DNA from: an uncultured Bacilli bacterium
GTDB lineage: Bacteria; Bacillota_I; Bacilli_A; RF39; UBA660
Reading direction: 5' to 3'
NCBI GenBank assembly: GCA_947630935.1
Contig: CANRJL010000001.1
Location: 1-47,372, forward strand
DNA: 47,372 bases
Below are positions 9,621 to 17,858 of this stretch, in pieces; the first letter of the stretch is position 1; every line of letters begins with the position of its first letter. The notes under the pieces were generated by a model. The model searched no databases. It saw only the letters and a list, made by a program, of their open reading frames with translations, and was not told the origin of the DNA. The translations under genes were made by a program, and so were the position numbers.

Positions 9621-10274
9621 TTAATTGGCATCTGATGAACTATATGTTAATGTTATGTCGCCAAAGGTAACATCGAAATCACCGTCGATTGGTGATGAAT
9701 CGGAATATTCTAAAATTACTTTAACTTCTTTGCTTGTTTTAGTTGAAATTGATTTAGTAGTAATATTTTCTTTATTTTGAGTATATTCATCTTGGTCCAC
9801 TATTACTTTTATTGAAACATCAGAACAAGCTGTGTTAGCTAATTCGGCATCGGCTGGACTATCACCAGCTGTTGGAGTACATTGAGGTTTTTCTTGCGCA
9901 AATGATACTTTTTTTAAGTAAGCATCAAGTTCGCCATTATTATATACATAAAAACTATAGGTTGCAGTTTGTTTGCCTTTGCCTTTAGTGAAAGTAGCAT
10001 TTAAGTTACTAATTGTTGTTGACATTAAATTAGCATCTGTAGCTGAAAATCCATCTTCTTCTGGTGGAACAAGTGTTGGTTTGACAGAGCCAGTACTGGC
10101 TTCTTCAGATTCGGTCGAAAATTTGACATCAAATTTACTTCTGTCTCCTTTAACATTGGCACTGGAAGAAATTGTTAAGTTTTGAGAATATGAAGCGAAA
10201 CCTAGTGATACACCAAGAACTGCAATAATTAAAGCAATAATAGCAATTATTTTGGAACTACGGTCTTTTTCCAT
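9621..10274 (-). CDS. Secreted TasA/camelysin-like protein with SipW-type signal
   Basis: 217 aa with AGGAGGTG RBS. N-terminus KIIAIIALIIAVLGVSLGFASYSQNLTISS. YSFYVYNNG motif. The C-terminal beta-strand-like end is DFDVTFGDITLTYSS. Confidence 0.6.
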   Translation of the reverse strand: MEKDRSSKIIAIIALIIAVLGVSLGFASYSQNLTISSSANVKGDRSKFDVKFSTESEEASTGSVKPTLVPPEEDGFSATDANLMSTTISNLNATFTKGKGKQTATYSFYVYNNGELDAYLKKVSFAQEKPQCTPTAGDSPADAELANTACSDVSIKVIVDQDEYTQNKENITTKSISTKTSKEVKVILEYSDSSPIDGDFDVTFGDITLTYSSSDAN

Positions 10275-10485
10275 TTTTTCACCTCCTATTCTTTACATTC
10301 TCATTATAAATAGTTTTTTTACTATTCATAAATGGCGGTGAATATCTTGTAAAGTATCATTAGTTGTGATATATCTTTTGCTATCTTACAATTTATTCTT
10401 ATATAAATTATATATATTTATTAATAATTTAGCAAGATATTTTTAATGCTTTATGTTCAAAATGTTAACCAAAATGGCAATTAAA

Positions 10486-10520
10486 AAACCTATAAAATAT
10501 TTTTTTTATTTTATAGGTTT
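10486..10520 (-). terminator. Putative terminator after the giant repeat gene
   Basis: 13-bp stem AAACCTATAAAAT / ATTTTATAGGTTT with a 9-nt loop and flanking A/T runs, 15 nt below the TAG stop at 10535-10537. Confidence 0.5.
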
Positions 10521-10534
10521 ATTACATTAGCCAA

Positions 10535-13500
10535 CTAATCTTTTAGTGATTTATCTTCACCAATAGCAATTGCTGCACTGTATTTTTTACCTTGTTGTTT
10601 GTTTTGGTCTTGTAAAGTATCTTTGAAAGTGTATATAACATCATAACTATAAACGGTATGAGCTGGTATCATAATCTCTGGGAATAAGACGCCATCTTCG
10701 ATTGGCGATGGACTTTCGCCTTTATCCAGAGCTCTATCTTTTTTGATAACGTATACTAAATCGGACGGTGGGTCAAATTCATTAGTTACACTTTCAAAAT
10801 TGATACTATAGAATATCGCTCGGTCAGTTGAATTGTTTATAGTGAAGGTTTGAGTTCCTGTCCAATTCGGCATGATTCCGGTTTCATTAATGCCTTTAAC
10901 GTAATTTATTAAAAAGACGCCATCATCACCACAATTAAAGTCACAGTTACCATCATGGTCATTATCAACAAATTTATCTGGTTTACCATCACCATTGGTA
11001 TCACAGTTTAAATCACAATGGTCATCGTTATCGATATCACAGTTTAAATCGCAGTGGGAATCACCATCTAAGAAGCAATTCCAATCACATTTACCATCTT
11101 TATCTTTATCGACATTTTTATCTGGTTTACTATCACCATCGGTATCACAGTTTAAGTCACACTGGTCATCCCAATCGGTATCACAATCAATATCACATAA
11201 ACCATCTTTATCTTTGTCTAAGTTTTTATCTGGGATATCATCATCATCAGTGTCACAGTTGGTATCGCAACGACCATCGCCATTATTATCACAGTTTAGG
11301 TCACATTTACCATCTTTGTCAGTATCACAATTGGTATCACATTTACCATCATTGTTATTATCACAGTTTAGGTCGCATTTGCCGTCACCATCTTTATCGA
11401 CATTGGTATCAGGTTTATCATCATTATCAGTATCACAGTTAGTGTTACATTTATCGCTACCCTCATTATAGCAATTTAAGTCACACTTACCATCGCCATC
11501 TTTATCAACGTTTTTATCTGGCTTATCATCGCCGTTGGTATCACAGTTAGTGTTACATTTATCGCTACCCTCATTGTAACAATTTAAGTCACACTTACCA
11601 TCACCATTTTTATCGACATTTTTATCTGGCTTGTCATCATCGTTGGTATCACAGTTTAAATCACATTTGCCATCATTGTTGGTGTCACAATTTAAATCGC
11701 ATTTGCCGTCACCGTTTTTATCGACATTGGTATCAGGTTTGTCATCATTATTGGTATCGCAGTTTAATTCGCACTTACCATCATTGTTGGTATCACAATT
11801 TAAGTCACATTTACCATCGTTGTTATTATCACAATTTAGGTCACATTTATCGTCGTTATTGGTATCACAATTTAAGTCACACTTGCCGTCGCCGTTTTTA
11901 TCAACATTGGTATCAGGTATTTTATTGTTGTCAGTATCACAGTTAAGGTCACATTTGCCATCATTGTTGGTGTCACAGTTTAAGTCACACTTACCATCAT
12001 CATTTTTATCAACATTAGTATCTGGTTCTCCATCGCCATTATTATCACAATTTTTATCGCAAGTGCCATCATTATTGATATCGCAATTTAAGTCACACTT
12101 ACCATCTTTATTGGTGTCACAGTTTAAATCACACTTACCATCGCCATTCGTATCGCAATTTAAGTCACATTTACCGTCATTGTTGGTATCGCAATTAGTA
12201 TCGCATTTACCATCGTTATCGGTATCACAGTTTAAATCACAAATACCATCACCGTTTTTATCAACATTAGTATCTGGTTCTCCATCAGCATTGGAGTCAC
12301 AGTTGGTATCACATTTGCCGTCACCATCAATATCACAGTTGTAGTTACATGTTTTATCATCACAATTATAATCGCATTTACCATCGCCATTACTATCACA
12401 ATATTTGTTACATAAACCATCACCAGTGGTATCACAATTTAAATCACAGAAGCCATCTTTATTATTATCTAAATTTTTATCAGGAATATTATCATTATTG
12501 GTGTCACAATTTAATTCGCATTTGCCATCATTGTTGGTATCACAGTTTAAATCACAAACACCATCATTATCTTTGTCAACATTTAAATCAGGAATACCAT
12601 CGTTATTCGTGTCACAATTTTTATCACATTTATCATCATTATTGATATCACAGTTTAAATCGCAAGTACCATCATTATTGGTATCACAATTATAATCACA
12701 TTTACCATCATTATTGGTATCGCAGTTTACATCGCATTTGCCGTCGCCAGTAATGTCAACATTAGTATCTGGTAGGCCATCACCATTGGTGTCACAGTTT
12801 AGGTCACACTTACCATCGTTGTTGGTATCGCAATTTAAGTCACATTTACCGTCACCATTGGTATCGCAATTTAAGTCACACTTATCATCATTATCTTTGT
12901 CAATGTTTAAATCAGGAGTGCCATCATTATTCGTGTCACAATTTAGGTCACATTTACCATCACCGTCTTTATCAATGTTTAAATCAGGTTCATCATCACC
13001 ATTGGTGTCACAATTTAATTCACATTTGCCATCACCATTGGTATCGCAGTTTAAATCGCAAATGCCATCATCATTTTTATCGACGTTTTTATCTGGCTTA
13101 TCATCATTGTTGGTATCACAGTTAGTATCGCAGGTACCATCACCGTTGATGTCACAGTTTAAGTCACAAGTACCATCGCCATCAGTATCAACATTAGTAT
13201 CTGGTTTATCATCATTATTGGTATCGATATTTTTATCAGGAATATCATCATTATTAGTATCACAATTTAATTCACATTTGCCGTCATTGTTGGTATCACA
13301 GTTTAAATCACACTTACCATCGCCGTTTTTATCAACGTTTTTATCTGGCTTGTCATCATTGTTGGTATCACAATTTAATTCACATTTGCCATCACCATTG
13401 GTATCACAATTTAGGTCACACTTACCATCACCATCTTTATCGATGTTACTATCAGGAATATTATCACCATTGGTATCGCAGTTTAAATCGCAATAATAAT

Positions 13501-14374
13501 CACCATTGGTATCACAGTTTAGGTCACACTTACCATCGCCATCAAGGTCAACATTTAAATCAGGTTTTTGGTCATTGTTTTTATCGATATTTTGGTCAGC
13601 TAAACCATCGTTATTAGTATCACAGTTTATATCACATTTGCCGTCACCATCAGTATCAATATTTAGGTCTGGTTTGCCATCACCATCGACATCGATGTTG
13701 ATATCTGGAAAACCATCGTTATTAGTATCACAGTTTAAGTCACATTTACCATCACCGTTTTTATCTTGATTCATTAAATTTTCATTTGGTTTGCCATCAC
13801 CAGTAGTATCAATATTAATATCTGGTTTACCATCTCTGTCAATATCAATATTAATATCTGGTTTGCCATCACCATCGACATCAATGTTTAAGTCTGCTTG
13901 GCCATCACCATCAATATCAATATTAATATCTGGGCGATTATCTTTATCAATATCACAGTTTAAATCACACTTACCATCATTATCAGTATCTTGATTAATC
14001 ATATTTTTGTCAGCGATGCCATCGCCATTAGAATCAACATTAAATACTGCAGAATGAATTTGACCATAACTTATATTAACATCTGGCAATTTATCATCAT
14101 TAGTGTCAATATCATAGTCAGCTTTACCATCATTATTATAATCACAGTTTAAATCACAGATGCCGTCACCATTTAAATCTTGATTTAAGGTATTACGACT
14201 GGAATGAAAAATCTTAATATAGCTATAAGTAGAACCTACTATTCCTAAAAACATAATTAAAAATAACAGAATAATAATTATTATAGTTCTTCTTCTTTCT
14301 TTTTCTTTTTCATTATCTAGTAAATCAGCATATTTTTTTTCTAAACCGTAGTCATTTAAACTATTTTTATCCAT
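10535..14374 (-). CDS. Giant secreted Asp/Asn/Cys-rich repeat protein (thrombospondin type-3-like Ca-binding repeats) with SipW-type signal and TasA-like C-terminal domain
   Basis: 1279-aa uninterrupted ORF with AGGAG RBS. N-terminus RRRTIIIIILLFLIMFLGIVGSTYSYIKIF. Residues ~66-1152 are 12-aa units such as CDLNCDTNNDGK and PDTNVDKNGDGK. The last 127 aa are non-repetitive (IMPNWTGTQTFTINNS ... QGKKYSAAIAIG). Confidence 0.85.
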   Translation of the reverse strand: MDKNSLNDYGLEKKYADLLDNEKEKERRRTIIIIILLFLIMFLGIVGSTYSYIKIFHSSRNTLNQDLNGDGICDLNCDYNNDGKADYDIDTNDDKLPDVNISYGQIHSAVFNVDSNGDGIADKNMINQDTDNDGKCDLNCDIDKDNRPDINIDIDGDGQADLNIDVDGDGKPDINIDIDRDGKPDINIDTTGDGKPNENLMNQDKNGDGKCDLNCDTNNDGFPDINIDVDGDGKPDLNIDTDGDGKCDINCDTNNDGLADQNIDKNNDQKPDLNVDLDGDGKCDLNCDTNGDYYCDLNCDTNGDNIPDSNIDKDGDGKCDLNCDTNGDGKCELNCDTNNDDKPDKNVDKNGDGKCDLNCDTNNDGKCELNCDTNNDDIPDKNIDTNNDDKPDTNVDTDGDGTCDLNCDINGDGTCDTNCDTNNDDKPDKNVDKNDDGICDLNCDTNGDGKCELNCDTNGDDEPDLNIDKDGDGKCDLNCDTNNDGTPDLNIDKDNDDKCDLNCDTNGDGKCDLNCDTNNDGKCDLNCDTNGDGLPDTNVDITGDGKCDVNCDTNNDGKCDYNCDTNNDGTCDLNCDINNDDKCDKNCDTNNDGIPDLNVDKDNDGVCDLNCDTNNDGKCELNCDTNNDNIPDKNLDNNKDGFCDLNCDTTGDGLCNKYCDSNGDGKCDYNCDDKTCNYNCDIDGDGKCDTNCDSNADGEPDTNVDKNGDGICDLNCDTDNDGKCDTNCDTNNDGKCDLNCDTNGDGKCDLNCDTNKDGKCDLNCDINNDGTCDKNCDNNGDGEPDTNVDKNDDGKCDLNCDTNNDGKCDLNCDTDNNKIPDTNVDKNGDGKCDLNCDTNNDDKCDLNCDNNNDGKCDLNCDTNNDGKCELNCDTNNDDKPDTNVDKNGDGKCDLNCDTNNDGKCDLNCDTNDDDKPDKNVDKNGDGKCDLNCYNEGSDKCNTNCDTNGDDKPDKNVDKDGDGKCDLNCYNEGSDKCNTNCDTDNDDKPDTNVDKDGDGKCDLNCDNNNDGKCDTNCDTDKDGKCDLNCDNNGDGRCDTNCDTDDDDIPDKNLDKDKDGLCDIDCDTDWDDQCDLNCDTDGDSKPDKNVDKDKDGKCDWNCFLDGDSHCDLNCDIDNDDHCDLNCDTNGDGKPDKFVDNDHDGNCDFNCGDDGVFLINYVKGINETGIMPNWTGTQTFTINNSTDRAIFYSINFESVTNEFDPPSDLVYVIKKDRALDKGESPSPIEDGVLFPEIMIPAHTVYSYDVIYTFKDTLQDQNKQQGKKYSAAIAIGEDKSLKD
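10919..14179 (-). repeat. In-frame tandem coding repeat, 36-nt period (108-nt higher order), ~90 units
   Basis: The periodicity is visible in both the DNA and the translation. The opposite strand is stop-free over long stretches as a side effect. Confidence 0.9.
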
Positions 14375-14405
14375 ATTTACTCTCTCCTAGCATACTATTG
14401 CAATT

Positions 14406-14434
14406 ATTATAACATAAATAAATTTTGAACACAA
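14406..14434 (-). promoter_or_regulatory. Candidate sigma-A promoter of the giant repeat gene (extended -10)
   Basis: On the minus strand: TTGTGT (14434-14429), 17-nt spacer, TGTTATAAT (14414-14406). It lies ~30 nt upstream of the RBS. Confidence 0.4.
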
Positions 14435-14481
14435 TATTGAAAAGATATTCTAAGTTAAAATTTTTAGAAATGTTTTATAAG

Positions 14482-14503
14482 AAAAAAAAAGACCAACGGT
14501 CTT
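14482..14503 (-). terminator. Intrinsic terminator of the 221-aa TasA-like gene
   Basis: On the minus strand: AAGACC-GTT-GGTCTT followed by T9, starting 2 nt after the stop codon. Confidence 0.6.
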
Positions 14504-14504
14504 C

Positions 14505-15170
14505 TTATGCAGCATCGTTTACTTCAAAACCAATATCTAAACTAAATGTTTTGCCTTGTTCAGCATTTTGGTCTTGACCAGCGTCATTAACATATTCTAG
14601 ATATAAATAATACATACTATCAGTAGAAGTATCAACAGTAATATCTTCAGTAATAGGAGTATCAGATGCAATTATTTGAGCATTATGACCAGCAACTTCT
14701 TTACCTTCTAATGAAGTTAAAGTACAAGTCATTTTATCATAATGTTTATGGTCATCAGTTTCAGGGTCTGATGGTTGAGATGAAGTACATAATTCTTCTG
14801 CTGTAATATCAGAATAATCAGGACTATCAACTTTGTAAAGAGTATATTTCATATGACTTGGAAATAATGTTGAACCTGTTGGAGTCAATTTAATAGTTGC
14901 TTTAGTTGACTCAGCTCCAGCTTCTCCTCCTCCTTTAACTTTTAAAGTTTTTATTCCTTTCCAGCCTGGTAAAGCATCTGTTACTTCGATTTTATCTCCT
15001 AATGTCATAGTAGCTGATGCTAATGCTTTAGTTTTAATTTGAGTAGTATTATTAGCTGGGTTATCAATTTTTACATTTGCAGTGAAATATGCGAATGTTG
15101 CCCCAACAACTGCTACTAATAAAGTGGCAACAGCTATTACTGTTAATAAAACCATATTTTTCCTTTCCAT
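14505..15170 (-). CDS. Secreted TasA/CalY/camelysin-like matrix-fibre protein with canonical SipW-type signal
   Basis: 221 aa with GAGAGGAG RBS. N-terminus VLLTVIAVATLLVAVVGATFAYFTANV is close to the G-T-F/Y-A-F/Y-F-S/T signature of SipW-cognate signals. LPGWKGIKTLKVKGG motif. C-terminal DQNAEQGKTFSLDIGFEV resembles the camelysin-family C-terminus. The gene has its own promoter-like and terminator elements. Confidence 0.7.
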   Translation of the reverse strand: MERKNMVLLTVIAVATLLVAVVGATFAYFTANVKIDNPANNTTQIKTKALASATMTLGDKIEVTDALPGWKGIKTLKVKGGGEAGAESTKATIKLTPTGSTLFPSHMKYTLYKVDSPDYSDITAEELCTSSQPSDPETDDHKHYDKMTCTLTSLEGKEVAGHNAQIIASDTPITEDITVDTSTDSMYYLYLEYVNDAGQDQNAEQGKTFSLDIGFEVNDAA

Positions 15171-15197
15171 ATTTTTTTATCTCCTCTCTATGATAAA

Positions 15198-15226
15198 AAT
15201 ATATCAAATAATTTTTTATTTTTCAA
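15198..15226 (-). promoter_or_regulatory. Candidate sigma-A promoter of the 221-aa TasA-like gene
   Basis: On the minus strand: TTGAAA (15226-15221), 17 nt, TATATT (15203-15198). Chance matches are common in DNA this AT-rich. Confidence 0.3.
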
Positions 15227-15410
15227 TACTTTTTTTGTTAATTGTGTCAAAAGATGACAGAAAATTTTGAAAAGCTTGTAATGTCTTTTTTTTAAGCCTT
15301 TTTTAATAAAAATTTAAATAATTAAAAAAAGAAGAACTTACTAGGAAAAAGAAAATAATAATTTTTAAACTTTTATTAGGTTCTTTTTACTCTTCTTCTT
15401 TTTATTTGGT

Positions 15411-17768
15411 TTAATTAATTGTTGGGTCAAATTTATGAAATATTTTTTGACAAAAATCGTACAATTTTTTAAAGACATATAAGGAATCTAAAATTAAGAC
15501 AAAACTTATTAGAATTGTTTCAGGACTAAATTTAGTTAAGTTAAAAAATTCGTTTTGAAATGTGATACAATAGATGAAGCCAATTAACATAATGCTAAAC
15601 AAAATTCTTCTTAGCCAACTAAAGGGAATACTTATTTTGTAAAGGAATATTAAACCTGTAATACCTGTTAGATATACAGCTAAGGTGTTGATAAGGGTAT
15701 AATCAAGATGAAAAATATTAGCAAAAGCGGTTATTAAGATTATGTTAAAAAATACCGTTAAAGCAGTAGGCAGGCTTTTACTAATTATTCGTAAAAGAAA
15801 TTTCCCTCTTACTAAATCATTGTTGGGCTCTAAAGCTAAAATAAATGAGGGAATACCAATAGTAAAACTGGTAATTAGGGTTAATTGAATAGGTACAAAA
15901 AAGTATTTAGAACCAACGATGATGCTAAAGATGATTAAAAGCATGGTATAAATAGTTTTAACTAAAAGTAAAGAACTAGACCGTTCAATGTTATTAATGG
16001 TACGTCTTCCTTCGGCTACTATTTTAGGTAAAGAATCAAAATTATCATTTAATAAGACTAATTGCGCAACATTACGAGCTGAATCAGTGGCACTAGCAAG
16101 AGAAATGGCACAGTCACTTTTTTTCAATGCTAAGACATCATTTACACCATCGCCAGTCATAGCTACACATTTACCATTATTTTGTAATGTTTCAATAATT
16201 ACTTTTTTTTGATTAGGCGTTACTCTACCAAAAATAGCATATTCGGATACCGCATTTTTTAATTCTTCTTCACTTAGATTAGCCGTATCAAGGGCTTTGG
16301 CGGTAGTTAAGCCAACTTTGTTAGCAATTTTTAAAACTGTTTGGTAACTATCACCGGAAATTATTTTGACATCTACTCCTTGTTTTTTAAAGTAAGCTAA
16401 GGTATCTTTAGCTTCTTGTCTTATTACATCTTCCAAAGTTATGAAAGCTAAAGGTTCCAAATTTTTAGGGTTTTTAGAGATATCTGTTTTACTTTTAGCA
16501 ACTAATAAAACCCGATATTCTTTTTGATAAGAATTTAATTTAGGATATTGGTTTTGGCGTTTTTCTTCTAATAAATATTCTGGGGCTCCTAAATAAATTG
16601 TCTCGTCTTTAAAAGCAATAGCCGAAAATTTGCGTTCACTAGAAAATGGTAACTTATCTAAGACTTCAAGTTTTTTTTCTTCTTTAAAGTATTCTTTTAA
16701 AGCACGCATGGTGGCATTATTATCTGAAGATGCTGAGGCAAAAGCATTTATAATTTCAGTAACTTCTTCTTGAGAAGAATTAAGAGGTATTATTTCTTTT
16801 ACTAACATATTGCCTTTAGTTAAGGTGCCAGTTTTATCTAAGCAAATAGTATCAACTCTTGCTAGAGTTTCTATGCAATATAATTGCTGAACTAAAACTT
16901 TATATTTTGCTAATCTAATAACACTTACAGCCATGACAGAACTGGTTAGTAAAACTAAACCTTCAGGAATCATTCCTATTAAGGAAGCAACTGTTGTAAA
17001 AATAGCTTCGGAAACATTGCCATTGGTACTGTTATATTGACTGAAAAACATAACAATTCCAATTGGAATAATTAAATAAGAAATTAGTTTTAAGATATCT
17101 TCAAAAGATTTCATTATAATGGAATTGATTGGTTTTTGATATTTAGCTTCTTTAGATATTTTAGAGGTATAATTGTCAGCTCCAATATGTTCTATTTTGG
17201 CTAGACAACTACCACTGACAATAAAAGAACCTGATAAAAGCATATCTTTTTTTCTTTTAATAATTGTATCAGATTCACCAGTGATAAATGATTCATTTAC
17301 TTCTACTTCATCTTCCATAATAATGGCATCAGCAGTGATTTGGTCGCCAGCACTTACTTTAATAATATCATCTAAGACTAATTCTTCTAAATTACATTTT
17401 TTTTCGGTACCATCTCTAATAACAGTTATTGCAGATTCACTAATAATAGAAAGTCTATCTATTATTTTTTTGGAAATTATTTCTTCAATAATACTAATAA
17501 TTGAATTGATAATAATAACACCCATGAAAAGACAATTTTTTAAACCATTTAAAAAATTATTATTTAATAAACCAGCAATGAAAACGGCGATGCCTAAAGC
17601 AATATTTAAAAAATTAAAGTAAGTAAAAAAATTATCTTTAATTATTTGGGCAATTGTTTTGGTTTTAGGTTGGTCATTATAATTTGTTAAACCATCTTTT
17701 ATTCGTTGTTCTACTTCTTCGGTTGTTAGACCTTTGGTAAGAGGTGGTGAATATCGTTGAACTTTCAT
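15411..17768 (-). CDS. Cation-translocating P-type ATPase (P2-like, substrate unknown)
   Basis: 785 aa with TGES (ITGESD), PEGL (MIPEGLVLL), DKTGTLT and MTGDGVNDVLALKK motifs and multiple C-terminal TMs. Confidence 0.9.
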   Translation of the reverse strand: MKVQRYSPPLTKGLTTEEVEQRIKDGLTNYNDQPKTKTIAQIIKDNFFTYFNFLNIALGIAVFIAGLLNNNFLNGLKNCLFMGVIIINSIISIIEEIISKKIIDRLSIISESAITVIRDGTEKKCNLEELVLDDIIKVSAGDQITADAIIMEDEVEVNESFITGESDTIIKRKKDMLLSGSFIVSGSCLAKIEHIGADNYTSKISKEAKYQKPINSIIMKSFEDILKLISYLIIPIGIVMFFSQYNSTNGNVSEAIFTTVASLIGMIPEGLVLLTSSVMAVSVIRLAKYKVLVQQLYCIETLARVDTICLDKTGTLTKGNMLVKEIIPLNSSQEEVTEIINAFASASSDNNATMRALKEYFKEEKKLEVLDKLPFSSERKFSAIAFKDETIYLGAPEYLLEEKRQNQYPKLNSYQKEYRVLLVAKSKTDISKNPKNLEPLAFITLEDVIRQEAKDTLAYFKKQGVDVKIISGDSYQTVLKIANKVGLTTAKALDTANLSEEELKNAVSEYAIFGRVTPNQKKVIIETLQNNGKCVAMTGDGVNDVLALKKSDCAISLASATDSARNVAQLVLLNDNFDSLPKIVAEGRRTINNIERSSSLLLVKTIYTMLLIIFSIIVGSKYFFVPIQLTLITSFTIGIPSFILALEPNNDLVRGKFLLRIISKSLPTALTVFFNIILITAFANIFHLDYTLINTLAVYLTGITGLIFLYKISIPFSWLRRILFSIMLIGFIYCITFQNEFFNLTKFSPETILISFVLILDSLYVFKKLYDFCQKIFHKFDPTIN

Positions 17769-17858
17769 AATATCTTTCCTTTCGCTTTTTATTATAACAT
17801 GTATTTTAATATCTCGTAAATAATAGCAAAAGAAAGTTAGTATAAAAAAAGAAAGAAA

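Noticed and set aside
10995-13994. Seven plus-strand ORFs (67-260 aa) with repetitive SQFKSHLPS/LVSQF sequences, plus two further nested ORFs at 12232..12435 (minus, out of frame) and 12349..12645 (plus)
   Set aside because: They lie on the antisense strand or out of frame within the 36-nt coding repeat. They are open only because the sense codons (GAT, AAT, TGT, GGT, AAA) have stop-free complements. They have no RBSs, and the minus-strand 1279-aa frame with its RBS, signal and terminator explains the region.
10919-14179. Possible CRISPR array or non-coding satellite
   Set aside because: The repeats are contiguous with no unique spacers. The 36-nt period is a multiple of 3, and the array keeps one frame open for 3.8 kb with a proper start, RBS and stop.
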